NCBI GenBank assembly: GCA_963668645.2
Contig: CAXXWC010000013.1
Span: 1 to 64,000, forward strand
Reading direction: 5' to 3'
Source: Desulfobacterales bacterium
GTDB taxonomy: Bacteria > Desulfobacterota > Desulfobacteria > Desulfobacterales > UBA2174
Length of the DNA: 64,000 nt
Below are positions 52,056 through 63,243 of the stretch, piece after piece. Position numbers and translations under genes: made by a program. A model generated the notes under the pieces. That model did no database searches. It saw only the letters and a list, made by a program, of their open reading frames with translations, and was not told the origin of the DNA. Within the stretch, counting starts at the first letter, position 1, and each line of letters starts with the position of its first letter.

Positions 52056-54827
52056 TCAAAATCCCGGCAGCTTCATCTTCAACGTCAGCTCACCGGTCTG
52101 CCGGTCGATTTGCACCGTCGGCTTTTGCTCTCCGAGCTTGCTGCCGGTGGCCATTTCCAGCAGGCCGCCGATAAACGCCAGGCCGGAATTGAGCACCGCC
52201 TCGACCCGCTCGGGGGGCTGGCGGCCCAACAAAGAGGCGGCATCCGCTGGCGGCAGCGGGTGCGCGCCGCCCAACGGCGCCTCGCCGGTTGCGGTTGCAG
52301 CGGTGTCGGTGGCCGCGGAACGGGTTGCGGCAGTCTTGACGCTATCCGGACCCACCCCGGCCCCGGCCTGATCGAACAGCTCTTCCCCACTGACGTCCAG
52401 CTTATCGCTTTCATCGGTCGCCTCACCGGTCGGCATCTGTAAATCGGCAGGCATTTCTTCGGCCGCCGCCTCAGCCGTTTCGGAGATGTCGACGGCCATC
52501 ATCTGGCGCAGCTTTTCCAGCAGTTCCTCGCGGGCCGACTGGTTGAGGTCGACCGCGTCGTGGGTACCGTCGAAGACCCCCTCGAAAAGATCGGTCTTGA
52601 GTTGCAGGCCCACCAGGATGCGCTCCTCGATGCTCGCCTTGGCCACCAGGTTGATCACGCTGACACAGCGGCTCTTCTGGCCGATGCGGTTGACCCGGCC
52701 GATGCGCTGGCGCACCTTGGCCGGGTTCCAGGGCAGTTCGAAGTTGATGACGCAATCGGCCGCCTGCAAGTTGAGCCCGGTGCCGCCGGCATCGGTGGAC
52801 AGAAACACCTTGCAGTCTGGATTGTTGGAAAACTCGTCGATCAGAGCCTGGCGCTTTTCCACCGGAACCTGGCCGGAAAGCTCGACATAGTGGATGCCGA
52901 CATTCGACAGATGCCGGGCGATCAGATAGGTCATTGTGGTCCATTCGCTGAAGATCACCGTCTTGCGTCCGTTTTGAACCACCACCTCGTCGAGGATCCC
53001 CTCCAGCTCGCTCAATTTCGGTGAAACGCTCGTGTTGCGGTCCACCAGATAGGTCGAATCGCAAACCCGGCGCATGAGCATTAGCAGTTCCCGCAGGCGG
53101 CGCAGGTCGATGGGGGTCAGATAGGTTTTTTTGAGCAAGGGTCCCAGGGCCTGGGCGTAGCCGGCGTGCATTTCGGCCTGCAAGGCGTGCATTTCGACAT
53201 AGTAGGTGTTGATCGTTTCTTCGGGCAGATCCCTTAAAACGTCCTCTTTGCGGCGCCGGATCACCAGCGGTTGGAGCCGCTCGTGCAACCGATTGAGGTT
53301 GCGGTAGCCGATGATTTTGCCCCGGTGTTCGCGGCTCAGCAGGTAATGGTCGGCGGCAAACTGCCACAGCGGGGCGAGCCGGCGCGGCTCCAGGAACTGC
53401 ACGATGGAATAGACGTCCTCGAGCCGGTTTTCCAGCGGGGTGCCGGTGAGCACCAGGGCGTGGCGCCGGGGCAGCGTCTTTACCGCCATAGCGGTCTTGG
53501 TGGAGAAGTTTTTGATGCGCTGGGCTTCGTCCAGGATGATCAGGTCGGGTTTGAAGCGCGTCAGGGCTGCCACGTCGCGCAGCACCGCCTCGTAGTTGGT
53601 GATCTTGAAAAAACTCGGGTCGCTGCGATACTGTTCGCGCCGTTGGCGGGCCCCGCCGGCCACCACCAGGGCCGTTTCATCGGAAAAACGCTCGATTTCC
53701 CGTTTCCACTGCTCCTTGAGCGACGCCATGGTGATCACCAGCACCCTGGTGAATCCAAACACCGTCTTTTTCTGAATGGCAGCGGCAATGGCCTGCAAGG
53801 TCTTGCCCAGGCCCATTTCATCGCCGATCAAGGCGGCTTCCTTGAACAGGGCAAAGCGTACCCCCTCTTCCTGGTAGGGATAGAGCCGCGTTTTAAGCGC
53901 CGGCGGCGCCACAGCGGCTTGGCCGGCGGCCATGGCAGCCATCTGGTCGCGTTCCATCTCGGCGGCCATCCGAAAAAAAACCGCTTCGCGGATGCGCACC
54001 GCTTTGACCTCTTCGAGCCGGTCGAAAACCGGAACTAAATCGTCCAGTTTCCGGCCGATAAAACGACCGTGGGCATCGAAGCAGGAATCGGTCAGCGCCG
54101 GGTCGAACTGCGGCGCCGACCGTCCGGTTTCGTAAAAGAGGCGCGGTGCATCCGTCTCGGAATCCCAGTAGAGGTCGACGAAGGGAAACTGCTCCCGGCC
54201 GGCTTTTTTTGAAAAACCGCTCTGCTGGCGCAGCACGGCGGCAAGATGGATGATGTGCTTGCAGGTGCCCAGCCGGTTGGTGAGGTAATCTGGACAACTG
54301 CAATGACCGATGCCCCGGGCTGGATCTTGCATCGTTACCCGGTACCGTCGGCCCTGGGCCGAGGTGACCAGGTGATCGCCTTTGAACATGTCCCCCCGGG
54401 TGATGGTGAAGATTTCGCTTTTGGCCCGCCGCTGCCGGTCCTCGACGGCCATGTTTCGCACTTCTTCGGGAGTCATGACCTCGTCGCCGGCCGGCGACGG
54501 CGGCAGGTTCACCTCCCGTGCCTTTTGCCAGCGCGCCAACAGATGGGCCGCGTCCAGCAGGGCCGCCACCGTATGCTTGCACCCCGCCCCGGGATAGGGA
54601 CAATCGCAACTGGTTTGGATGCCGTTTTCCGCCAGTTGTATGTCGATGGTGTAGTCGCCGTAGCTGCCGTCCACCAGGTAAATGAAGCGGCGCTGCTCCG
54701 GGTCGACCGCCTTGGGCACATAGGCACCGTTTTCGTAAAGCGACACGCCGCGCTCGAAAATCACCGGCGAGTCTGCCACCTGGGTTCGGATCAGGTCCGG
54801 GGTGAGGGTCAACATAAAAGTCTCCAT
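52056..54827 (-). CDS. SNF2-family helicase with two SWIM zinc fingers
   Basis: CDC...CKH, CSC...CKH, DEMGLGKT, DEAQ, TGTP, GLNLQ, QRIGRVNRIGQ. Confidence 0.94.
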   Translation of the reverse strand: METFMLTLTPDLIRTQVADSPVIFERGVSLYENGAYVPKAVDPEQRRFIYLVDGSYGDYTIDIQLAENGIQTSCDCPYPGAGCKHTVAALLDAAHLLARWQKAREVNLPPSPAGDEVMTPEEVRNMAVEDRQRRAKSEIFTITRGDMFKGDHLVTSAQGRRYRVTMQDPARGIGHCSCPDYLTNRLGTCKHIIHLAAVLRQQSGFSKKAGREQFPFVDLYWDSETDAPRLFYETGRSAPQFDPALTDSCFDAHGRFIGRKLDDLVPVFDRLEEVKAVRIREAVFFRMAAEMERDQMAAMAAGQAAVAPPALKTRLYPYQEEGVRFALFKEAALIGDEMGLGKTLQAIAAAIQKKTVFGFTRVLVITMASLKEQWKREIERFSDETALVVAGGARQRREQYRSDPSFFKITNYEAVLRDVAALTRFKPDLIILDEAQRIKNFSTKTAMAVKTLPRRHALVLTGTPLENRLEDVYSIVQFLEPRRLAPLWQFAADHYLLSREHRGKIIGYRNLNRLHERLQPLVIRRRKEDVLRDLPEETINTYYVEMHALQAEMHAGYAQALGPLLKKTYLTPIDLRRLRELLMLMRRVCDSTYLVDRNTSVSPKLSELEGILDEVVVQNGRKTVIFSEWTTMTYLIARHLSNVGIHYVELSGQVPVEKRQALIDEFSNNPDCKVFLSTDAGGTGLNLQAADCVINFELPWNPAKVRQRIGRVNRIGQKSRCVSVINLVAKASIEERILVGLQLKTDLFEGVFDGTHDAVDLNQSAREELLEKLRQMMAVDISETAEAAAEEMPADLQMPTGEATDESDKLDVSGEELFDQAGAGVGPDSVKTAATRSAATDTAATATGEAPLGGAHPLPPADAASLLGRQPPERVEAVLNSGLAFIGGLLEMATGSKLGEQKPTVQIDRQTGELTLKMKLPGF

Positions 54828-54940
54828 CGGTTTGCGGGCTGAGGTTATCGTGTCAACCCCATCAACGCCATGGGTTCATTGCCGGAGGGATCTTATGGAG
54901 GTTGGGGAAAATTTGTCAATACGATACGCCGCCGGAACCG

Positions 54941-55290
54941 TCAGAACGCCAACGCCCGGCGCCACGAGACCCCGCACATACGGTCCAGGACGACCGGTTC
55001 ATCGATATCGGCGATGGCGATGCCCGGGGCGGCACGGTCGCCGGCCAATCGACGCCAGCGTTTCAGGCCCTTGAAATGGCCGGGCATCAATGTCGCTGTT
55101 GCCTTGATTTCAATGGGATAAAGGGGCTGTTGCGCTCGATGATCAGATCCACTTCCAGACCGCTCTGATCCCGCCAGAAGTAAAGTTCCGGCCGCTCTCC
55201 GCGATGCAGAAACGCTTTGACCCATTCGGAGACCACGAGCGTTTCAAACAGCGGGCCGAAAGAAGGGCCGCCGCTTTCAGGCATACAAAG
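54941..55290 (-). pseudogene. C-terminal remnant of an AAA ATPase/DUF4143-type protein
   Basis: GPLFETLVVSE...LYFWRD...EVDLII, then EIKA in another frame; 5' part replaced by IS256 sequence. Confidence 0.72.
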
Positions 55291-55359
55291 GTCAGCAGTG
55301 TGTAGCAGGATCTCTCCCCTGCGACGATTTCCATGGGCTTGGTCCTGCGCTTAAATTCC

Positions 55360-56106
55360 TTACTCCTCTGAAAACACCTTCTCAAGCCCGGGCAGACCGT
55401 CCATGCTGCCCAAGATCACCTGGCTAGCATCCAGCCCCCGGCCTTTAAGGTCCTTAAAGAACTCGCGCCAACTGACAGCCGATTCCTTGTCTCCGGACTG
55501 CAATCCCAAGACGGTCCGATGCCCGGATGCCGTCACCCCTATGGCCACAAGCACCGGAACCTTGTTCACCTCCTTGGCAACGCGCATCCGAAACAGCGTG
55601 CCGTCGATATACATGTACTTGATCGGTTCCCTGGACAGATCCCTTTGTCTCCAAGCTTCAACAGCCTCCACCAGCTTCTCACTGGCCTTGCTGACCTCTT
55701 CGGGCGAAACCCTGCGACCGATGAGCTTTTCGGAAATCAACGATAGCGTCCGTGTGCTCACCCCGCTGAGAAACACCAGGCATAGATCTTCCTGGAGGGC
55801 TTTCTCGTACCGCTGACAGCGCGGGATCACTTGCGTGCTGAATTGTCCTTGCCGATCCCGGGGCACTCTCACACGCACCTTGCCGATGCCTTTCATCGTG
55901 AAGCTGCGCCGATAGGAGCCGTTGCGATGGTTGCTGTCTTGCTCAGCCCGCGGGTAAGGAGCCCGGCCCAGGAAACGGGTCAGCTCGGTTTCCATCAGCC
56001 CGCTCAGGTACTGGCCGACGGATTCTTTCACATCGGCTCGTATCATCTCGAAAATATGGGCCGGTCGGGGGTGGATGCCATGAAGCAGACAGTTATTCTT
56101 TGACAA
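55360..56106 (-). pseudogene. IS256-family transposase, truncated
   Basis: RNGSYRR, VPRDR, GVSTR, YIDG, DGLPGL; stops before the CxxH motif. Confidence 0.88.
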
Positions 56107-56336
56107 GAAAGATGCGGATGGTTCAAATGAGACGTCTGATCGCGCATCGGCCCTGCGGGAATCGCTGCTGCACGATTACGCCATCGTCCCGGCACGTTGG
56201 TCCATGGAGGCGGCAGCTTTCTTCTGCCTGCCCCCAGAAGGGGCCCAAGCTGCCGGGGTACAGACGATTTAGCTTATGACAACGATTGGTTAAGGTCTTT
56301 ATTCCGATGGTGCCAATGAAAGGACGACAGAACATC

Positions 56337-56687
56337 ATGAAACTGATCCATTACACCGAAGCAAGTGAAACCCGCATGGATAACGACGTGGCCAAGGGCG
56401 TGAGCGGCCGGGTGGTCATCGGCAAGGCCGACGGCGCGCCGCATTTTTGCATGCGCGTGTTCGAACTGGACGAGGGCGGCTGTTCGCCAAAGCATGCCCA
56501 CGAATGGGAACACGAAATCTTTTTTCATGCCGGCACGGGCGAGGTGTGGCGCGAAGGGCGCTGGGAGCCGGTCCGGTCCGGCTGCGCAGCCTTTGTTCCA
56601 GGCAACGAACCGCACCAGATCCGCAACGCCGGGCCGGACAAGCTCGTTTTCGTGTGCCTGGTGCCGGCCGGGGCCCCGGAGATGTAG
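56337..56687 (+). CDS. Cupin-domain protein
   Basis: HAHEWEHE, EPHQIRN. Confidence 0.9.
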   Translation: MKLIHYTEASETRMDNDVAKGVSGRVVIGKADGAPHFCMRVFELDEGGCSPKHAHEWEHEIFFHAGTGEVWREGRWEPVRSGCAAFVPGNEPHQIRNAGPDKLVFVCLVPAGAPEM

Positions 56688-56690
56688 ACC

Positions 56691-57134
56691 GTGGCCGGCC
56701 CCTACCGCAATCCGTTTCCCACCGTGGACATCATCATCCGCACCGAGGGCGGGATCGTGCTCATCGAGCGGCGTAACCCGCCCCACGGCTGGGCCATCCC
56801 CGGCGGCTTTCTCGACTGGGGCGAAACGGTGGAAGCCTGCGCCGTCCGGGAAGCCAGAGAGGAGACCGGCCTGGCGGTGCGCCTCGAAGAGCTGTTTTAC
56901 GTCTACTCCGATCCCCGGCGCGACCCGCGGCATCATACCGTCACCACGGTTTTCATCGCCTCTGCCGACGGCCTGCCCGTGGCGGCGGACGATGCCAGGT
57001 CGGCGGCGGTCTTTACCCCCGCCAGCCTGCCCCATCCGCTGGCCTTCGACCACGGGCAGATCCTCGACGACTATTTCCGCTATCTGCGCGGAGAACCCCG
57101 AAAGGTGATTTTCAGCCGCTATTTGCGGTCCTGA
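56691..57134 (+). CDS. NUDIX hydrolase
   Basis: [32 protein letters not shown]. Confidence 0.93.
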   Translation: MAGPYRNPFPTVDIIIRTEGGIVLIERRNPPHGWAIPGGFLDWGETVEACAVREAREETGLAVRLEELFYVYSDPRRDPRHHTVTTVFIASADGLPVAADDARSAAVFTPASLPHPLAFDHGQILDDYFRYLRGEPRKVIFSRYLRS

Positions 57135-57152
57135 TTGATGCCGACATGCCGG

Positions 57153-57698
57153 TTAGTCGGATCCCTCCAGGACCCGCAGGGCTTCACGATGGGCCTGGAC
57201 GAAGGGATCCGCCGCCGGCCGGGCCGCTGCCGGCGGGCCGTGTGACGGAACGAGGAAAAAGTAGAGGGCCTGGACCAGGAAAAAGAGCCAGACGCCGGCG
57301 GCCCAGGCGATGGGGGAACCCGGCGCCAGCAGCGCCACCAGGCCGGCCCCGCCGGCGCAGGTGAGCATTTCGGCGGCCGCGGCGCGCAGCGGCGCCCCGG
57401 TAAAACAGATGCCGCTGCGAATCCAGCTCAGGGCCCCCAGCCCGAGGAGCAAAAAGGCGCCGATGCCGCCGGGCCACAGGGCCGCTCCCAAAAGCAGGGC
57501 CAGCGGAAAAAGGACCGGTGCGGTGCCCCTGGCGCTCCAGCGGGTCAACAGCAGCGCGTAGAGCGACAGATCCGCCCACAGCATCAGCGTGACGGCCCTG
57601 CTCCATCCGACGAGGCCGGCCAGACCCCAGGCCAGGGATATGACCGCCAGGGCGCTGGCGGCGCCGAAAACCAAAGTGGTGCGAACGGGTCGTTTCAC
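57153..57698 (-). CDS. Integral membrane protein of unknown function
   Basis: Several hydrophobic helices; GTG start overlaps the pspA-like stop (GTGA). Confidence 0.75.
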   Translation of the reverse strand: MKRPVRTTLVFGAASALAVISLAWGLAGLVGWSRAVTLMLWADLSLYALLLTRWSARGTAPVLFPLALLLGAALWPGGIGAFLLLGLGALSWIRSGICFTGAPLRAAAAEMLTCAGGAGLVALLAPGSPIAWAAGVWLFFLVQALYFFLVPSHGPPAAARPAADPFVQAHREALRVLEGSD

Positions 57699-58240
57699 GG
57701 CGTGCCTCCTTTTTGCAGGGCTTCCTTGCGTGCGATCAGCTCCAGCTCGATTTCGGCCTCGTCGGTTTCCACCGGTCCCCACGGCCCGGGGTCGTCCCAC
57801 GGGCCGTGGGGGGATCTGCGGCCATAGGCCTCGGCCTTGACCTTGAGGGTTTCATATTGGAGCCGCTGCTCGGCAAGGGTTTGGCAAAGCTGCTCTTTCT
57901 CCTTGGCCAGGGTCTCCATCCGGCGCTCCATCCGGCCGGTGGCGGTGCTCTGCGTACGGCGTTTGCGGATCAGCATGCGCGCGATCTCGTCTTTTTCCTT
58001 TTGTACGGCCAGGGCCAGATCCTGCTCAAGCTTGTCCGCCTCCTGCCCGTGGGCCGAGATCCGGCCGGCGAGCTGTTCGAGGTGCTCGGTGAGGCTGCGA
58101 ACCTGCCGGGTCTTGAGGTCCAGGCCGGCCTCCATCTCCCTGAGATACTGCTTGAGCAGCAGCTCCTTGTCTTCGAGTTGATCCATCACCCCGTGCACGT
58201 CGGCTTTGCACAATCGCAGCATGCGGGTCATGATTCCCAT
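57695..58240 (-). CDS. PspA/IM30-family protein
   Basis: MGIMTRM...ADVHGVMDQLEDKELLLKQYLREME, coiled coil. Confidence 0.88.
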   Translation of the reverse strand: MGIMTRMLRLCKADVHGVMDQLEDKELLLKQYLREMEAGLDLKTRQVRSLTEHLEQLAGRISAHGQEADKLEQDLALAVQKEKDEIARMLIRKRRTQSTATGRMERRMETLAKEKEQLCQTLAEQRLQYETLKVKAEAYGRRSPHGPWDDPGPWGPVETDEAEIELELIARKEALQKGGTP

Positions 58241-58292
58241 GATGGGCCTCCTTGTTTTCTGCGCGGTGGCATGAAGATAGAAAATCGTATGA

Positions 58293-59705
58293 TCAAAGCT
58301 TTTTGTCCCGGCGCAGGCGATAGCCTTCATACTGGAGGGACTTGGCTGCCGCCTTCTGCTTTTGGGCCGCAGCGGCCGGCGGGCCGGCAAAGGCCTCGTC
58401 GATCTGCTGGCGCAGGGCCGGCACCTCGGCGTCCAGGTTGGCGGCCACCTTGGACGAGCCGACCACCGCGTTGAGCGTGTTCTGGCGCTTTTCGTACGCC
58501 TGGATGCGGGCCTGGGCCCCATCCCGGTCCCCGCTGCGGATGTCGGCGGCCACTTCTTCCTTCAGCCGGCTGAATTCCCCGCGGACCACCTGATCGGCCC
58601 ATCGATCCTTCTTGATGCTGGCCGCCACCGCCGCCGGATCGGCCACGCAGGCTACGGTCAACGGCCGGGGCGCATCTACCACGCTGAGCACCTTGTCCTC
58701 CTTTTGGTGGTAGAGCATCCGGGCGCGGCCCAGGACGATTTCGCGCACCTCATCGGCCGGAACCTGGAAGGTGAGATAGATAGCCCGCTGCTGGCCGCAG
58801 AGCAGATCGCCCGGGCGGATCACGGCCGTGTTGTTTTTGGCGGCGATGGGATAGCCGCCGGCATCGATCAGGCGAACCCCGGGTTCCAGGGCCAGGCGCA
58901 GGGCCACATCGGCGGCTGCCACCCGGCGGGCGGACTGCAATTCGCCTTCAAAGACCCGGGCGAAGGTTTGGGGATCTTCCAGAAAATAGTAATGGCCCGC
59001 GCCCCGGTCCGCGATGGCGGTCATCAGCACCTCGTTGAAATCCAGCCCCACCCCCACCGTGGTGATGGAAAAACGGTTTTCCACTGCCGCGGCGGCCATG
59101 CGGCCCAGCAGGAGGGGATCGGTCACGCCCTGGTTGGCAAGACCGTCGGAGATCAGAATCACCTTGCGCTGCCGGACCTCGGCCGGGGTTTGCACCAGCA
59201 GTTGAATGCCGCGTTCCAGCCCCGCGCCGAGGTTGGTGCCGCCCCCGGCGCGAACAGACGCCACCGCGGCGGCGGTACGCTCCCGGCTGGCAGAGGTCAT
59301 GTCCAGCAGCGGCAGGTCGGTTTGAACCGTGTTGGCATAGGTCACCAGGGCCAGGCGGTCGTTGGCCTTGAGCCGGTCGAGGAGCCGGCGCACGGCACTG
59401 CGCGCATCGTCCAGTTTACGGCCCTGCATGGAGCCGCTACGGTCCAAAACGATCACCAGGTCCACGGGTTGGTCGGGCGGATCCTTGAGCAAAGGCCGGT
59501 CGGCGGCGGTCAGGTTCAGGACCGCGGTGACCTGCCCGTCGCCGCCCTGAAGCACCTTGTCCTGGATCGTCTCGAGGTTCAGGGCGACCTGTTGATCGGC
59601 GCCGGCCGTGGCGGCGGGCTGCATGGCCCCGAGGGCGGCCAGGGCCGCTGTGGTAATCAGGATCAGGCTCAAAACGGCCAGCAGACTTTTTTTGCGGGTT
59701 GACAT
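58293..59705 (-). CDS. Exported vWA-domain protein
   Basis: Signal/TM segment, MIDAS DRSGS, GGTN, ISDGLAN, GVGLDFNE. Confidence 0.9.
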   Translation of the reverse strand: MSTRKKSLLAVLSLILITTAALAALGAMQPAATAGADQQVALNLETIQDKVLQGGDGQVTAVLNLTAADRPLLKDPPDQPVDLVIVLDRSGSMQGRKLDDARSAVRRLLDRLKANDRLALVTYANTVQTDLPLLDMTSASRERTAAAVASVRAGGGTNLGAGLERGIQLLVQTPAEVRQRKVILISDGLANQGVTDPLLLGRMAAAAVENRFSITTVGVGLDFNEVLMTAIADRGAGHYYFLEDPQTFARVFEGELQSARRVAAADVALRLALEPGVRLIDAGGYPIAAKNNTAVIRPGDLLCGQQRAIYLTFQVPADEVREIVLGRARMLYHQKEDKVLSVVDAPRPLTVACVADPAAVAASIKKDRWADQVVRGEFSRLKEEVAADIRSGDRDGAQARIQAYEKRQNTLNAVVGSSKVAANLDAEVPALRQQIDEAFAGPPAAAAQKQKAAAKSLQYEGYRLRRDKKL

Positions 59706-59789
59706 GGCGATTCTCCTCTCTTTGGGGTCGATGGGCGCCGGCAGGCTCCGGGGCCGGCTCATGGGGTGGATTGTAGGCGGGCCGGCGGC

Positions 59790-59847
59790 AAACACAATTC
59801 AAACAAATGCAAAAGGTTAGCCCTCATTTTTTGCATAAGTTTTGCTT
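59790..59847. promoter_or_regulatory. Putative OmpR-family boxes in a divergent promoter
   Basis: TTTTGCAT-N3-TTTTGCTT (59829-59847) and inverted copy ATGCAAAA (59807-59814). Confidence 0.5.
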
Positions 59848-59929
59848 TGACCGGCACGCCGGCGATGGTATGGGTAAGGATCGGCAGGCAACCGGTGGCA
59901 TACGATTCGGCGGCGGAAAGGAGGCAGCG

Positions 59930-60628
59930 ATGGACCAGGCCAAGGCCCACATCCTGGTGGTGGAGGACGATCCGGCGATCTTGAGGGGGCTTTGCGATGT
60001 GCTGGTTTTCAACGGCTACCGGGCCCAAGGGGTCGCCGACGGCCTCGACGGCTGCCAGGCCGCCTTGAGCGGGAACCATGACCTGGTGCTGCTGGACGTG
60101 ATGCTGCCGCGCATGGACGGGTTTGCCATCTGCCGCGAGATCCGCCGCCAGCGGCCGACCCAGCCGGTGATCATGCTCACGGCCAAGGGTTCGGAAGACG
60201 ATGTCGTCGCCGGATTTAGCGCCGGTGCGGACGATTACGTGAGCAAACCCTTTTCCCTGCGCGAACTGATGGTGCGGGTGGAGGCCGTGTTAAGAAGAAG
60301 CGGCAAGCCGCTGGGCGACGAGAAGATCCGCTGGGGCGAGGTCCTTTTCGACGGGCTCAACCTCCAGGCCACCTGCCGGGACCGCAGCGAAGCCCTCACC
60401 CGCCGGGAGATGGACATTCTCATCTATCTGTTCCGCCATCGGGATCGCATCGTCTCCAAGGGCGAACTGCTCACCGAGGTCTGGCATTACAAGGACCCGG
60501 ACATGGAAACGCGCACGGTGGACATCCACCTGCTCAAGCTGAAAAAGAAAATCGCCGCCCTGGCCGGCGGCCTGGCGCCGATCCAGACCGTGCGCGGCGA
60601 GGGATACCGCCTGGAGTCCGATCCTTGA
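59930..60628 (+). CDS. OmpR-family response regulator
   Basis: VVEDD, LDVMLP, GADDYVSKPF, RTVDIH, TVRGEGY. Confidence 0.95.
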   Translation: MDQAKAHILVVEDDPAILRGLCDVLVFNGYRAQGVADGLDGCQAALSGNHDLVLLDVMLPRMDGFAICREIRRQRPTQPVIMLTAKGSEDDVVAGFSAGADDYVSKPFSLRELMVRVEAVLRRSGKPLGDEKIRWGEVLFDGLNLQATCRDRSEALTRREMDILIYLFRHRDRIVSKGELLTEVWHYKDPDMETRTVDIHLLKLKKKIAALAGGLAPIQTVRGEGYRLESDP

Positions 60629-62528
60629 AAAAGCTGCGTTTCTACATGATCGTTTTCGCCGTCCTGGTTTCGCTGCCCCTGGCGTTCGTGGCCTGGCGGA
60701 CCTACGCGGCCCTCGACCGGGAGGCCGAGGCCCAGATGCGCTTTTTCGCCGAACGGCTGCTGGACGAGATCGAGGCCGAACTGGGCGACCTGGTGCGCCG
60801 CGAGGAGAACCGGGCCGTGGACGAATATCGCCACAGCCTGGTCCACGACGGAAAGACGGTGCCCTCCCCCCTTGCCGGTCCGCCTGCCGAGAGCTTTATC
60901 GCGGGCTATTTTCAAAACAACCCGGACGGCTCCTTCCAGACCCCGCTGGCAGAAGACCCGCAGGCGGCGCCGGTCGAGTTCGACGAAAGGGTGCGCCGCT
61001 TGCAGGCGGCCAACGCCATCTTCAACCGGCGCAAGCACGGGGCCCAACCGCCGCCGCCCGCCCCGGCCGGGGCGCCAAAAGCGGAGCAGACCGCCGAAAA
61101 GGCGCAAACCTCGTTTGCCGACCGCTTCATCAAGACCCCGGAGCGAAGCAAAGCCAAGTCCATCCTCGGCCAGCAGCAGCCCCGCCTGGAAGAGATCACC
61201 CCGGGCCAGGCCCTGAACCTGACCCGGCAGGAATATGCGCCCCAGAAGCTGCAAAAGGAGCAGTCAAAACAAGGCGAGGCGCAGCGCTATCCCGCCTTGT
61301 CATCGGCCCGCGGCCCGTTGACAGTCGCGGCGGATGCCGAGCAGCCGGCGGCGGCGCAAAGTGCCGCGGTCCCCATCGATGACCGCTTCCAGGTCGAAGT
61401 GGCCCCCTTGCAGGCCGTGGCCATCGATGGCGAGCAGGTGTTCGTCTTCAGGAGAGTCGGCATCGGCGGCCGGATCTACCGCCAGGGTTTCGTGATCCGG
61501 CTGGGGGCCTTTATCGACCATCTGCTTGCCACTTATTACGATCCCCAACCCATCGCCCGCTACACTATGTTGACCCTCAATGCCGGCGGCCGGACGGCCA
61601 CCCGGGGCCGCAGCTCCGGCAGCGGCGGCGCCCCGGCCGCGATCCGGCTTGCCGAACGGACGGTTTTCCCGCGCCCTTCGGGTTTCTCGGCGCCAGGATG
61701 GAGGCCATTTCGCTGCCCCCGTCCCCGGCCCGCCAGGCCCTGACCCTGGCCCTGGCGCTCCTTTGCATCGTGCTGGCCGCGGGGCTGGCGGCCATCTACC
61801 GCAGCGCCCGGGCTGTTCTGGATCTGTCCGAGCGCCGCTCCCGGTTCGTGTCGGCCGTTACCCACGAACTCAAAACCCCCCTGACCAACATCCGCATGTA
61901 CGTCGAGATGCTCGATCAGGGCATCGCCGCCACCCCGCAGCGCGAACAGGAATACCTGGGCGTCCTGGCCGCCGAGAGCGCGCGCCTGTCTGGACTGATC
62001 GACAACGTGCTTGAATTGTCGCGCCTGGAAAAACGGACCCGGCGCTTCACCCTCCGGCAAGGCGACCTGAGCGACGTGCTCAAAGAGGTGCAATCGCTCA
62101 TGGCCGCCCCCCTGGCCAGGGAAGGATTCGAGCTGAAGATCGAGGCCGGCCGGGTGCCGCTTTTCGCCTACGACCGCGACGTGCTGGTCCAGATCCTGAT
62201 CAACCTGATGGAAAACAGCCTCAAGTTCGGCCGCCAAGCCCCCCGAAAGCGCATTGTCATCGCGGCCCGGGCAGACGGGGACCATGTCACCCTGAGCGTG
62301 TGCGACAGCGGCCCGGGGATTCCCAAGCGCGCGTTGAAGCGCATCTTCGATGATTTTTACCGCGTCGACGGCGATCTTGCCCGCACCACCGGCGGCACGG
62401 GCCTCGGCCTGGCCCTGGTGAAAAAATTCGCTGCGGCCATGGGCGGCAGGGTCTGGGCCCAAAACAACGACGGCCCCGGCTGCACCATCGGGGTCAGTTT
62501 GCCGATCAATCCGAATCCAACCCGCTGA
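60625..62528 (+). CDS. Sensor histidine kinase, frameshifted near 61664-61667
   Basis: TM and periplasmic part in ORF 60625..61743; TM2, THELKTPL, N box and GTGLGL in ORF 61698..62528. Confidence 0.88.
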
Positions 62529-62897
62529 CCGTCCGGGCGGCGCCGGGCCCGGACGGGGTCAGACCCCGCTTGGGGCACGGCAGGCAGACCGGATCCGGTG
62601 TGCCGGCGGCCAGGGCCTGGCGAAAGCGGCAGTAGGCGGGATCTTGCCAGATCGCCAGCGGGTCGGCGGTGTCCAGGTGGCCGAACACGCGGCGCCGGTG
62701 ATCCGCCCGTGAGCTGGGGATGTTGGTGTATACACAGGGGGACACGGCTCCGGCGGCAGATACGAAAAGGCTGCGCTGGATGTTTTCGCTGCAACCGGGA
62801 GCGGCCGTTTCGAGGGGAGAAAAGCGGTAGTGAAGGTCAAGTCCCCGGGCCCGGGCCTCTGCCGCGGCGCCGGCCAGCAGTTCGGCCCCGCGCCGGC
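62506..62897 (-). pseudogene. SPASM-domain C-terminal remnant of a radical SAM protein
   Basis: GCSEN...[11 protein letters not shown]...FGHL...IW...CLPC; no CxxxCxxC core. Confidence 0.72.
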
Positions 62898-63243
62898 AAC
62901 CTTGGATGTCATGGGCATCGAAGGTTTCGACCGCCAGGGACGGATCGAGGTGATCACCCGTTTTCAGGCCGGGGCGGTGGAGATCGTTTTCCGCGACGAT
63001 GGCGTCGGCATCCCGCCGCACGCATCCCAGCGCATCTTCGATCCTTTTTTCAGCACCAAACCTACGGGAGAAGGGACCGGACTCGGGCTGTCGGTCAGTT
63101 ACGGGATTGTAAAAGACCACGGCGGCGAGATCCGCATGACCAGCAAACCCGGGCACTGGACCGAGTTCGTCGTGGTATTGCCCGAGACCGCCGGAGAGGA
63201 CGCCGGTTCCGGCAATCACCGCGCTGGTGGGGGACGGCCATGA
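62898..63243 (+). pseudogene. HATPase_c remnant of an NtrB-like kinase
   Basis: [26 protein letters not shown]; no H box or sensor domain. Confidence 0.8.

Noticed and set aside
52056..54827. SNF2 helicase as part of a defence system
   Set aside because: No methylase, nuclease or other defence partner is adjacent.
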